Assembly (NCBI GenBank): GCA_051294905.1
Contig: CM119371.1
Location: forward strand, 9,116,001 to 9,180,000
From: Botryllus schlosseri
Lineage: Eukaryota
Length of the DNA stretch: 64,000 nt
Direction of reading: 5' to 3'
Positions 1-11,944 of the stretch are shown piece by piece. Within the stretch, counting starts at the first letter, position 1. Each line of letters starts with the position of its first letter. The notes below the pieces were generated by a model. The model saw nothing but the letters and a program-made list of their open reading frames with translations. It searched no databases and had not been told where the DNA came from. The translations under genes and the position numbers were made by a program.

Positions 1-789
1 GGACAATTAAAACCTTTTCCAAATGAGATTCGAATCAGAATGATAGCTTCACAGTTTCATTCCAAATTGGATTAGAATCAGAATTACTGACTTCGCAAAA
101 ACTTCGAAATTAATTCAATTCCGAAAGAGAAAGAAAGAAACCCAACAATATCAAGTTCACTTTATATCAAATCAGAGTTATTTCTGAAAAGCGCGAGAAT
201 GGCCAATGTATGCACGCCGAGATCGGCTCGTTTCGCACGATATAGTTCTGCTGTAGCATTTTCAGAAAATCAGCGATGATAAGATAACTCGGTATTTTAC
301 AGATGATTTGAAGTTGAGAAAAGTATTACTGACATTACATACCTTTGAATAATACCTTATGGCTGAAAACTAGCTGGGAATATCAGTATTTGTTCACGAA
401 TTGCAGCCCAACGGCGCTTCTTCAATGTACGATCCAAAACAAGCCGATGTCAATGATGCAACCAATACATGATTCCCATGAGCATGATAGACAGGTTGTG
501 CAGAGTGAAATCGTTACGCATGTGGCCTTTATGGGACCGCAATTAAGTGCAATTTTGAAATCATGGCTATTTTATTGTAATATATCATCTCTACCCGGCC
601 GTTTTCAACTGATAACGTCACAAAAGCTATAAACCGGTGACGTGGTCAACATTGCATATCCAGTAGTAAGGAGAATTGCCCCGTAGATCTTTGTGGGTTT
701 TTCGGGGATAGAAGATCACGACGAAGATCACCAAAATTGCTCATAAAAGTGTTTTTATGCACTAAACCTTCATTTGGGTCACAAGCATC

Positions 790-1250
790 GAAGTTTCCTG
801 ACAATTTTTCAAATCTGAACAACCCTAGTGTACAGTACACTTAGTTATACAAGCGCTATTAATTATTCTGTATATGTAGTCCCGAACAGATTGCGAACTT
901 TACAATATTGTCCAATTTATTTGGGTCTGTTAGAACATCTTTCAAGTGCACATTTATCCGGTTCACTCGTACAGCATGAAGTAGGCCTACCTGACTTTGG
1001 TGTCAATATTTCACTCAATGTAGCAAAAAGTGTTTTACATATTTTTCTACATAGCACCTCTGAAATATTGGAGTGTCACCACAACCAATCTTATTCAAAT
1101 GTCGATCCAGCCTACAATGGCCGCGTCATAAAAGAATCACGTCTCTTCGACGTATATCCCATGTTTGCTATTTTGTCTGTGATTGATGGTCGTAGATACA
1201 TATATGTTCTTCCGTTCTCACTGCTTTGGCATAATAGTATTATAGTAGTA
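790..1250 (-). mobile_element. Decayed 3' end of a LINE ORF2 (I-group-like zinc-knuckle tail); paralogous copy about 33180..33600
   Basis: Minus strand reads LDRHLNKIGCGDTP..YVKHFLLH*VKY..LKDVLTDPNKLDNIVKFAICSGL, resembling the HLxxIG..C..ETxxHFLLxCxxY tail; contains stops. Confidence 0.5.
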
Positions 1251-1411
1251 GCTTCAGTGTAGTATAAACTATTAACTCATCAAAATTTAATGCTTTCAGC
1301 GAGAACCTATTTTCAGTATCCAATGCCATCCAATCCAATTCTTGTCTGATAGTCAATGACATGTCGTACCATTTTCTATTTCAGATCTTTCAGTGACGTT
1401 CCTATCCGGCG

Positions 1412-1593
1412 ATGAATTTCAGCCGGGTTTTGGGAGCGATCTTATCTAATTATATACTTTTTATAATGCTTTCTGGGACATCAGGCCAATCTGGACGGTC
1501 TTACGGCAACAGCGGGGAAGTGAATATCTTATTCGTAGAAGCGACTACGGTCGAAGTCGGGTTCAACTATGTTCAAGGAGTAACCAGATATTA
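1412..1593 (+). CDS. Gene A exon 1: signal peptide and FN3 start
   Basis: MNFSRVLGAILSNYILFIMLSGTSG|QS hydrophobic leader; donor TA|gtaagt removes the apparent TAG; acceptor tttctatttcag ends at 1384. Confidence 0.85.
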
Positions 1594-4500
1594 GTAAGTG
1601 AATCTGGTGGTCAAAGAAGACCCCCATCGATATCAAATACTTGAGCCGATACCGATATCCACGCTATGTATACATAGGGCCTATATTCGGCCGATATTCA
1701 CTAATGGCATTTCCACTGACTCTCATCAGTAGCGAACGTGTGTATTGCTGCAGAGTCTTACTTATTTCATTGAAATGGAAGTCTTATGTCGGTGCAAAAA
1801 TAAAGTTTTGATTGCTTCTTCATTGCACTTGAAGACGACATTAATTGAATTCACATTCAATATACCTTCCATCTACTTTCAATTACTGCTGTGCTACGAT
1901 CGTAACCTCGGGGGTACGTTGTAGCGCGAGCTTGCGGAGCGTATGTTCGCGTGATAATCGAGGTTGACATCACCATCTCGTGACCCTGAGAGGTCGCGTT
2001 TACGAGGTTTCTAACCGCCTTTTTTTAAGGCATACGCATGATTCGATGGAAGCGTCAAAGCATCAAAGTCTGAACTACAGACTTGTACAAAGTACCGGAC
2101 TTTCGAATGCGCAAACAGAATTAGAACAAGAACAAGTCACTTTTCAAAATGCGCAACTAGAACGATTCACTTTTCAAAATACGCAATTAGAACTGAAATT
2201 GCTCACTTTTCAAAACTAGCAGCTATAGAACTAGAGCAGTGGTTCCCAAACTCTTTTCGACTCATCGTACCCTTAGACAATACAGCTCGACATATATTTA
2301 TCGCCACCTTTTTTTTTATCTAAGAAATAGGAGATATATAAACAAGAATTTATACAGCTACCTCTAGTAGCCGGTAAATTGACTAAAAAAGTTATAACAG
2401 AAAAAGTCGACTTTCGCGGTGATCCCTTAAAATCCCGTTACCAGAGGATAGTTTGTACCGAGTTAACCTTATCTTAATCAACTTCCGCGTTAGTTCCATA
2501 ATAACCCGTTTTCACGTGTATTATGAGCCGGTATCCGATTGGCGGTTATTTAAATACATCTGACTAAACGTTCCAACATTGTCACCCCCTGTCGTCCCCC
2601 CCCCCCGCCTTCGTACGTTTACGTCCCCCAATCGCCCCGTTGCTATATCCGCCCACCCTGTTTCTTGAAATCGTCCACTGGGTGGCGATATCACCCACGT
2701 TGTGAACCACTGAGCTAGAGCTAGAGCTACTGACTTTTCGAAATCCGCAACTAGAACTAGAATTAGAGCTACTCACTTTTTCCAATCCGCAACTAGAACT
2801 AGGCACTTTAAAAACTCACAACTGGAACTAGAATTAAAACTACTGGAAAAAACAGTATAGTTAGTTGACCCTGTCGACTTGGCAGATTGGTAGTCTGTCC
2901 AGCTCTGCTGAACTGTGGCTCCTATTTTCCAGTGTTAACGCAAGAGAATGGGTGGACGGCAAGAAAGTTGGTAACGAAGCGTTCGAAACTTGGGTGCACA
3001 GCCGGAGAAGATCGACGAGATTGTACAATCTCAACCCAGGAGTGCGTTTGTAGACCTATTGCTTTTTTCGTCGCGTGTATACTACTATATTCTATCTGGA
3101 GATACCCGTAAGGCATAAAACTAGAACATGCAATTGAATAATATATTGGGATTGACATGAACCCGTATACATTTTCGGCTGCCATTCGTCAGGGGTAATC
3201 GTCAGCGACAGGTAGAGAATTGGAAATAACATTGTATGGATTACTCAATGGTGCATCTTATTTATATGTGTTTGAATCCATGTTATCGCATGTTGGCGTG
3301 AAACGGGACGCCACTTTCATATTTTTTAAGAGAGAATACCTCATACGGGTACAAACTTACGTGAGAGATCGTCCGATAGAGATAAGCGCGCTAAAAGTGG
3401 TCAGGACTACTCAGCAATGCTACACGTGCAACGCGAAGTCTGACAACGAACGTAAGTCCTATGGCTGATACGACATGAACTGATTCTACGCCTACGGTCT
3501 GAGTCTTTATTGATTATATTTTAGTTACAGTCGACCCCATTTAATTCGCACACTTTGGCCCCGTTCAATTTTAGCCGAACGAAGTACTGTTTATTGTCAC
3601 ATAACTAGGGCAAGATTTTGCAACTTTGCAATTTTTTTCACAGCTTCCGAACGCTTCCTTGATACTCAGAATCTATGTACTATGATGTTTCGAGCCGTTT
3701 GGAGGGATTTTATAGTGCAACTTTTTGCAACATTTCTGTATTTTTCATGCCAATTTTTACTGCAACTTTTATAAAATATTGCGTAAAAATGCATGGGAGT
3801 TATTTAAAAACATGCTATAAGCTATTTCTTGTATGCTTCTATTCTCTTTGATTTGCCTAACAAAGAGGTATTTGATGGGTTAGCTTCATCCCACTGTTAT
3901 CTATGACACAATGGCTTGCAAGCAAGAAGCTCAACTACCCCTGCCCAGCACGACCGTAACCGAACAACATGTAAATAGATCGCTTGGATTCCCGAGAGTG
4001 AGTTTTTCTGTAATGTCTTGGGTCAAGTTTGCAGACCTTTGGAGTTTGAGGTATGTTATTTGACTTGTTCTAGGAGGAAGGGTTATCGCTATACGCTGTT
4101 TGGCCTTTTGGGGAAAATTATCCCCGCAATGTTTAATTTTCTTGCTGTGTGCCGGAAAAAAATGTAATTTCTGCCAGTTTCGCCAGACCGTGCGTTAAAT
4201 GACAAAGTAACAAATTTGACAGCTCTGCAGGAGCCAGGCTATACAATGGAACCTTTTGAGTATCTCATACCTATTAATTAAAAAAATATATATAAATGCA
4301 ACTTTCGTTAAAATTGAATGCAACTTTGTCAAGATTTTAGTGCAACAAAAACTTGCCCTACTCATAACCTAATGAAACGAATTGCGAGCCTGTGTCTGAA
4401 TTACGAGGGGATTTGTCCGAATTTAAATTTTTTTTTTATGCGCGAGCACTCTTTCCGAATGAATCGGGTGTCCGGGTTATCCGGTGTCCGAATCAAGCGA

Positions 4501-7500
4501 ATTCGTCCGTGTGTTGTTCTGTTTCACGGGAAACGGTCCTAGTATTATTACATAGACGCATACCAGCTCAAGTAGCAGTAGAAGTAACGCCTTCAATGTC
4601 TATTCAATTATAGACGTAGAAGCAGCGATTTGCAAGTATGTCAAATTGTAAGTATTCTTGGCGTAGTCTACATCATAACCACTTGAGACAGTACTGCAAG
4701 TAGGCGAAATCTACTCGAAGTGTTTCGTTACTGACCACCTCTGGTGGTACTAAGAAGCTTTGTATGGAGAGATTGAGGTTTATTGCTTCATCAATCGGAA
4801 CATTAACAATAAACAAATTCGGTATGCAATAAATAGACGGGAAAATGCCGTTGTAATATTATTATTGTAAATGGCACATTTACATTGGCGCTTATCGAAT
4901 CCTGAGGACGACTTTCACTCTTTCTCTAACTCAAACGTCAGTCTCTCTCGCTCCCATGCATCTCCATTATGGTCTTTGCTGCCGACTTGTAGCACGTTCG
5001 GCTCATTTTCAGTCTGGGCTGGGCGTGGTTTGAAATTATAGTTTGGCGGATTGCCTTGAACCAGTTCAACTTCTGTGTCATATTTCATTTCTATCCATCG
5101 CTAGTTTCATAGGAATTCTTTAATGAGTACGTATTGACTCAATGTATATTTCGCAGGCTACACTAGAGACGAATCTGTTTGGTCAACGGCGAGTTTATTT
5201 ACAGAGTGCAAAGGGCCGCACATGGAGTACGAATGCCCCTCCAACATGGACGCGTGTCTCAACGAGTTGCGGTACTATAAGGGAACGCCGAAAATCACAA
5301 AACGCTGCGCGCAATGGCGACCCGAACTAGGAAGACAGATCCAGAACGGAAGGGACGTAACAGTTGCTTGCTACGAGCTGGGGAAGTGAGTGGAAGAGTG
5401 TGCTGATCCGTTCCAAGCGGACTTGGACAACTATCGATAAGTCCACTGTTAAATTAGAGTAATAAGAGCGAAATACCTGTAATATAATTTGTGAAATGTT
5501 TCCATGCTCTCAATTCAGTTCAAGTTTAATTCTTGGCTATCATGAATATGCTAACATATGAACTGTATAGTGCGAAACGACCAAAGTATACAAACACTTG
5601 ACATTCGCATTCTTACAAGAACGAACCATATGATTTGATATGAACTGAACGTGATTTTTGTTGTTTTTCTTTCAAATTCATAATTTTATTGAATTTTCAT
5701 TCTAGTAGTATTTATAATTCTAATTGTAATCTACTTTAGTAAAATCTGTAACTATAACTTTAATTCAAATCTAGTTTATAAAAAATTTGTATAACCTTAT
5801 TCTAATTCTAATTTAATTTGAAAAAATATGTAGCCATAATTTTAATTTTAATCTAATTAAAATATTGTTCAGCTATCTTCCAAATTTTACTCTAATTCGG
5901 CAAAACAATGTGTGACGATAACTCTAATTCTAATTTACTTTGGAAACATGCGTGGCATAATTCAAATTGTTATTTAATTTGAAAAAATTAAACAGTGTAA
6001 CAATAATTCTAAACAACCGTTCCATTCAGTATCAAAGACGTCTCGTGCAGATGCATGTGCAGAAGCAACCTATGCAACGACGCCGAAGTACCCTGTTTAT
6101 ACGGTAAGTGATTACTGGATTTTTCAGAACAATAAAAGCCGAGCTAAATCAATCTAGTAAAGTGTGAGTCCATTTCTTCTCAGAATGCTTCAAAGAACTT
6201 CAGTCGCCAGACAAGAGCTACATCAGATGTACCCAGGGAGAAAAGGTCGGCTCAGTATGCAGGTGGTTCTGTCTGCCGGGTTACAAAATCAAGGGCACGT
6301 CAATGTCAGAATGTAGGATGGATCGAACTTGGAGTGTCCTGAATCCACCCGAATGTATCGGTGAGTTGCATTGCTTTTTTACAAAGTCGCTAAGGAAAGG
6401 GCACTAGCAAAACTGGATAATTCATCGTCATTCATAATTGTGAACTTGTAGTTATTGCTGTGAAATTATGCGTATATTGTGCGCGAGTAGGTATAACTGC
6501 AATAAAATAATGAACTGCCGTGAAACTAAGTTGAATAAGTTATTCATTTCGAAATGAATTATTCAATTGTATACTGAAATTCTGTACCTCCAGGAGTTTC
6601 TTCAACCACTTCCTGAGGCCGAACTGTGCAATATATTTAAAATTTGATACCTCAGCCGCGAAATAATCCACTTTATGTTGCACATTTTGGTCCCCTCTGA
6701 GCTTGGAGTTCGGTATGGAAAATAAGTTGCCAGAAAGTTTGTATATACAACAAATTTATTTTTCTGGGTCGTGTTAATTTTTGGAAGATGCTTCGCGCTC
6801 CTAAAACGGTTTCGCGGACCAAAATTGATCACAAACCCCAATTTTAGAACCACTGTCATATACATCGCATTGTACATTTTGTGTCTTAAACAGAGAAAAT
6901 GTTAGCGCTTCTGAGTAACGGGAATCATTCTCTTTTCTAAGAGGACTTGACACTGAAGAATACAACTACAGAATGGAAGTGCTGGATTCTGGAGCCTGCC
7001 GAAAACGCTTTCATGTCCTGCACCAATGGATATCAGTTTGGTTCCGTCTGTTCTTTCAAATGCTATTCGTGAGTGATGTCATCACTAGAACAGAGCGAGA
7101 GAGAGAGAGAGATATAAACATGTTAATCGTCTCCATCATCGAAATGCTTTGACCACGGAGATGCGGATACGGACGCAGCGTCGCCGAGTCTGCAACCCCG
7201 TTTCTTCTCCTCCATGCCATCCGTGGATGCTGAGCGCCTAGCAGGATAGTCGCAGATGCCATTTTTCGAGTCATTGGTCTGATCGGGCCGGGGATCGAAT
7301 CCATGACCTACAGTTCGAGAAGCCGGACATGAATCGAATCGAATCGAACATGAATCGAGCAATAATTCTGATGCTTCGACTACTCGAACGTGAATCGAAC
7401 GTTTGGGATAAGGCTGCGTACGTTTCTGAAAATGACATATCAGTGAACTGGTGATCAAACCTCAGCGTTGTCATAAACTGCAATGAAATAGGTATAGGGT

Positions 7501-10500
7501 CGAATATAGAAAATAACCTGACAAATATTTTTTAATAGAATCGTGTTATATTATTTGTGGTCGTATGAGAGGTAGGCATTAGGGTGGAGTGAAAAATGGA
7601 AAATTTTGAATTTCGAAACAGACACTTGATATGTGGTGCCAAATTTCAAAAAAATATTTTCTACACTAATTTTGGGCTCTTGCATCCTCTAGTGGTCGTG
7701 CAATTTCACCGAACGAGCCAAAAATAGCTAATTTCGCTATATATTGATGACCGCTTATGCTAGAAAGCTGATTTTGGGCTTAAAAGATGCGGAAGCAACA
7801 AGTTTCTATCTCACTTCCACAGAAATTTGTCTTAAAAATGAGCAGAAAAAAAGATACAAGCAAATTATTGATTTTTTGCTGTTTTTAGGTAAATTTAGGC
7901 ACTACCGCAGTGTAGATGATGCCAAAAGTGTGTAGTGATTGATTCTATGACTGACAACTCCACATTGAAACCACATAAATTGCCAATCCATATTGAAAAC
8001 ACAAAAACATCAATTCTATATTGAAAAAAGATATATTTCGAAGATCGTTTCACTACCAGAGTATCAGTCTGCACAAACTTCAAAATCTCGTTTCGTATTA
8101 AAGGATGTCATCTGCTTTTGAGACTTCAGTTTTTGTCTGATGAGATCATCTCTACGTTTAAATCTCGACCCATGGGCAGATGCTTCGGTCACCATTTTAA
8201 CGTCTCTTTCCACTGCCTGGTTGTGCCAAGGATGATTGAGCCTTAATGGTGATGACCTTAGATTTTCCAGCTCGAGATCTGATAAGTTTTTGATTATGGG
8301 TGGCTGTTCCACATCTTTTAGATTCAAGTTGACAATTTGGTAGCATGATTTGGCCCGATGTTTATAATTGGGATTTTAAACAATCCGAATCTAGTACCAA
8401 CGTCGTTTTTAGGTTTCGGTTCATTATCATACCCTCCTTCAAAGTCGCCAATTCGAGTCTGGTATTCTGTTTGATCTGCTCATAGTTGTAATCTTGTTAA
8501 CTGTGAGTCTTCTGAGGCCTTCAACCATCAACAATGGATTTGTGCATTTTTATTTCAAATCATGACCGAAAATAAACCTCCATGCAGAATTGAGATATTT
8601 CATAGTTCTTAATAGATGACTCTGCCGCACATAGAACCTCAAAATTTGGCATGTTCTATGTGGGACCGAGTTATCCATAATTGTGCATTTTCATTTCAAA
8701 CCATGACAGAAAATAAACCTCCATGCAGAATTGAGCAAGATATTTCAGATTGCTTGATGGATGACTCTATCGCACATAGAACCTCAAAATTCTGCGTGGA
8801 GGTTTATTTTCCGACATGGTTTGAAACAAAAATGCACAATTCAATTGTTGATGGTGCTAAAAACTTCTACAACATAGTTTCCCATGTTACAAAGCTTTCT
8901 GATACACAATTTCGTAACTTTGCACTATCTTTGGTACAACGAAAGGCATATTTTGCACATCCGGAAAATGTTTTTTTTCTGTGAATGCTCAGTGATGATG
9001 ATGAAGGCCTCAGAAGACTTGCAGTTAACAAGATTACAACTATTAGAAGATCAAACAGAATACCAGACTCCAATTGGCGACTTTGAAGGAGGATATGTTA
9101 ATGAACCGAAACCTAAAAACACCGTTGACAATAGAATCAGATTGTTTAAATCCCAATTATAAACATCAAGGCCAAATCATATCACCAAATTGTCAACTTG
9201 AATCTAATAGATGTGGAACAGTCACCAGCAATAAAAAACTCTAAGGTCGTCACCATCAAGGCACAACCAGGCAGTGGAAAGTGACGTTAAAGCGGTGACC
9301 AAAGCATATGCTCATGGGTCAGGATATATAGCCTACGTAGCTAGAGATGGCTTAAACCGACATAAACTGAAGTCTCGAAAGCAGATGAAATCCTTTAATA
9401 CGAAATAAGATTTCAAAGTTTGTGAAGACTAATACTCGGGTAGTGAAACCATCTTCGAAATCCATCTTTATTCAATAAAAATTGATGTTTTTGTGTTTTC
9501 AATATGGATTTGCAATTTATGTGCTTTCAATATGGAGTTGTCAGTCTAAGATCAATCACTACATGCTTTTAGCCTCGTACGCACTGCTTCAGTGCCTAAT
9601 TTTACCGAAAAACGGTCTAAAAATCAATAATTTGCTTGTAACTTTTTTCCTGTTCGTTTTTAAGACAAAGTTCTATGGAGGTGAGATAGAAACTTGTTGC
9701 TTCTGCATCTTATAAGCCCAAAATCAGCTTTGTAGCGTAAGCGGTCATCATTATATAGCGAAATTGGCTATTTTTCGCTCGTTCGGTGAAAATGCACGGC
9801 CACTAGAGGGTGCACGAGCCAAAAATTAGTGTTGAAATTCAGAATTTTCCATTTTTCACTCCACCCTAGTAGGCATGCATGATTGAACTTTCCACGCCAT
9901 TCGTAATATTCTGACGTCATTGTGTATGATACTCTGTTATTCGACTCGAACCGTAATACTCGATTCAGATCGAATCTCTCGGGTAGGCCTACTCGATTGT
10001 TCTCAGTCCTATTATGATATGGATTACGATTATTAATTATCATCGCGGTGTTTAGAAACAACCACATACTTCGCGGCAGTGCTATGAGGACGTGCGACGG
10101 CTACACCAACGGATGGACCGGAATTGCCGCTACGTGTGAAGGTATACGTTTGGTTGAGAGGAATTTCTGTGCAGATACGAGATAGAGAGAGAGAGAGAGA
10201 GTCTTTATTTATATACAAATGAAATACAAAATAAGCTGACGGAAACAATTCTGATACAGAAAAAAATACCCATATATACAGACTTCGGCATGGGATAGGA
10301 ATTATCCACTCGTCTATAGATACGCCAACTAGTCTGATCACACCTGCCTTAAACAATTGGACCTGCACTGTCTCTACGTATACATGATCTGGCTCCGACC
10401 AATGTTAGTTGTGAGTTGAGTAAAAAGAAAAATTAAGTGATCAGTAGCAATAGCAAATGATAGAAGAAGTGTCAATGCAAGGTGGGGAAACAGCGAGGTT

Positions 10501-11696
10501 GCCATATTTTCCCCCTCTAGGAGGATTAGTACACGTTTTTCAGGAAATCAAAAAAGTTATCCACAGACACCTAAATGTCCTCCGTGTTGGGAATACGTGC
10601 TCTTTCATAACTTTGACAGCTAGGCTAATGGACACAGTCACAATTTAAAAACGCCACAAACGTCGCAAATCTGCAATGCTAGTGTTTGGGAGTAAGTTAG
10701 TCAACACCACAGCAGTATTGTAACAAATTGGGACAATCGATAGTCGGTAAGGAAAGTTGACCTTTTTATTAATCAACACTGCATGATTTCCCGTAAAAAT
10801 TATAGAATCGGCGCTCTTTGGTCCGGTAATCTAACTTTTTTAAATTGTAAAACGTGTCATCCTGTCCGGATCACAAAATATGGTAACCGTAGGCAATAGC
10901 GTTGATATGACGATAAGAAATAGTGAAATGAGTCTTTCAGATCTGCCTTATGAATTTGTCATACAATTCACGAATATGTTGTGGTAATGCATTCCAAATG
11001 ATGCGTCCTGAGCAGAATTGGAGGACTAGATAACTCTAGTTGCCTAATTAGACTAATTGGAGCGTAATGCCGGTAATCTAATTATTATCTAATTTTTGAA
11101 ACCTTTCAACGCTCTCATCTTATTTCTAATCTAATTTCTGGTTTGACTGAATATGCTACGGGAGAACTATACAGTGTGAAACGATCCATGCCTAGGGCAC
11201 AGACATTTATCATTCTTGTGCTTGAAAACGTTAACTCAGATTTGATATGAACTGATCTTGATTTTTCCTGTACTTATTTATGATTCAGAATATGATTCAA
11301 TTTTCAATTTTTTGCGAGTCCAGTAATTTTAATTATATCTAAATCTAAAACTGAGTAGATGTCATTTATTCACTGCGGTAATTGCTTCGAGACGAAAAAA
11401 CCTGAATGTTCAATAGATCTCTGCGGAGTTAAGTTGCTATCAGATGGGGGTAAGTAGATATTTCCCTCTGGCGATTCACTTGTATTATGAGAGTCAGCCA
11501 CCGCGTTTGTGTCCCCTAGAAATCACTTGCAGCGTGATAGAAGAAAGCAACGGATTGACTAAAGTGTGCACGGAAAATGAAACGATCGAATCGGTCTGCG
11601 ACTTCTCTTGCCCCGAAAACAGAAAGCTTCTGGGAAGTCGCAGACTGATATGTCAAGCGACAGGTAGCTGGTCCTCCCCCATTCCAAAATGTGAAG
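1412..11696 (+). CDS. Gene A: signal peptide-FN3-three-finger(LU-like)-3x sushi; join(1412..1593,2933..3041,3331..3451,5205..5385,6030..6103,6184..6360,6942..7068,10056..10141,11520..11696); 3' end unresolved
   Basis: Nine exons bounded by AG/GT with compatible phases give 411 uninterrupted codons; every exon has a colinear homologue in gene B. Confidence 0.85.
2237..2712. mobile_element. hAT MITE inside a CTAGAA-rich repeat tract (about 2100..2845)
   Basis: TIR cagtggttc(c)caa / ttg(t)gaaccactg; TSD aactagag/agctagag; absent from the paralogous tract at about 34470..34720. Confidence 0.8.
2933..3041 (+). CDS. Gene A exon 2: FN3 middle
   Basis: ttttccag|..YVNAREWVDGKKVGNEAFETWVHSRRRSTRLYNLNPG|gtgcgt; LxNLxPG followed by xxY in the next exon is the FN3 tyrosine corner. 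Confidence 0.85.
3331..3451 (+). CDS. Gene A exon 3: FN3 end and three-finger domain start
   Basis: ttttaag|REYLIRVQTYVRDRPIEISALKVVRTTQQCYTCNAKSDNE|gtaagt. Confidence 0.9.
3606..4360. mobile_element. Non-autonomous hAT-like element
   Basis: TIR tagggcaag/cttgcccta; TSD cacataac/ctcataac; empty site near 35820. Confidence 0.8.
5205..5385 (+). CDS. Gene A exon 4: three-finger domain core
   Basis: tttacag|QCKGPHMEYECPSNMDACLNELRYYKGTPKITKRCAQWRPELGRQIQNGRDVTVACYELG|gtgagt. Confidence 0.9.
6030..6103 (+). CDS. Gene A exon 5: three-finger domain end
   Basis: cattcag|NIKDVSCRCMCRSNLCNDAEVPCLY|gtaagt; terminal CxxxLCN motif. Confidence 0.9.
6184..6360 (+). CDS. Gene A exon 6: sushi 1
   Basis: ECFKELQSPDKSYIRCTQGEKVGSVCRWFCLPGYKIKGTSMSECRMDRTWSVLNPPECI; phase 1-1, 177 nt. 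Confidence 0.93.
6942..7068 (+). CDS. Gene A exon 7: linker and first half of sushi 2
   Basis: EDLTLKNTTTEWKCWILEPAENAFMSCTNGYQFGSVCSFKCYS|gtgagt; an alternative in-frame acceptor would start the exon at 6972. Confidence 0.85.
7092..7329 (-). mobile_element. tRNA-derived SINE with MetaSINE-like core and (TC)n tail, 5' truncated
   Basis: Minus strand: B-box-like GGATTCGATCCC, then CCAATGACTCGAAAAATGGCATCTGCGACTATCCTGCTAGGCGCTCAGCAT, ending in TC repeats; absent in copy 2. Confidence 0.7.
7580..9868. mobile_element. Fold-back DNA transposon (hAT/hATm-like) with decayed transposase C-terminus on both strands
   Basis: Termini tagggtggagtgaaaaatgg / ccatttttcactccacccta; perfect TSD gtaggcat; inverted arms about 0.9 kb; motifs AYFAHPENV and HNQAVERDVKMVTEAS. 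Confidence 0.85.
10056..10141 (+). CDS. Gene A exon 8: second half of sushi 2
   Basis: gtttag|NNHILRGSAMRTCDGYTNGWTGIAATCE|gtatac; phase 2-1. Confidence 0.9.
11520..11696 (+). CDS. Gene A exon 9: sushi 3
   Basis: EITCSVIEESNGLTKVCTENETIESVCDFSCPENRKLLGSRRLICQATGSWSSPIPKCE|gtgaga. Confidence 0.93.
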
Positions 11697-11944
11697 GTGA
11701 GATTTCGCGCAGACTTCCGTGTTCTCCAGCTACAGCTAAATATGAACTTAAATTTGAAATGAGCTTGACTCGATTTTTGTTACATTTCTTTCTGAATAGG
11801 AGTAGCAGAAATTGCGACATACAAATGTATTACTGTCGCAGAGAAGATGATACCAGAAACGCGCTTGGCCCCAGACGGTGGTTGCTATGCTGAAAAGTCA
11901 CCTGACTTTCGAGCCCAATAGTAGCAGCGCAATTCGTAAATAAA

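Larger units (their letters stand above)
1..11797 (+). repeat. Segmental tandem duplication, copy 1 (copy 2 about 32162..46807)
   Basis: Colinear similarity of exons, introns and upstream DNA from base 1 (gacaat..tttccaaat vs 32163) to ttacatttctttctga (about 11780 vs 46792). Confidence 0.92.

Noticed and set aside
828..1262. 144-aa plus-strand ORF
   Set aside because: Antisense to a decayed LINE tail, and the frame is not open in the paralogous region near 33200.
1412..1594. Stand-alone 60-aa secreted peptide ORF (also 33729..33911)
   Set aside because: The TAG overlaps a gtaagt donor, and splicing continues in frame into FN3 exon 2.
1980..2219. Repetitive ORF (QNAQLE repeats)
   Set aside because: Translation of the intronic CTAGAA-rich repeat tract; not conserved as an ORF in copy 2.
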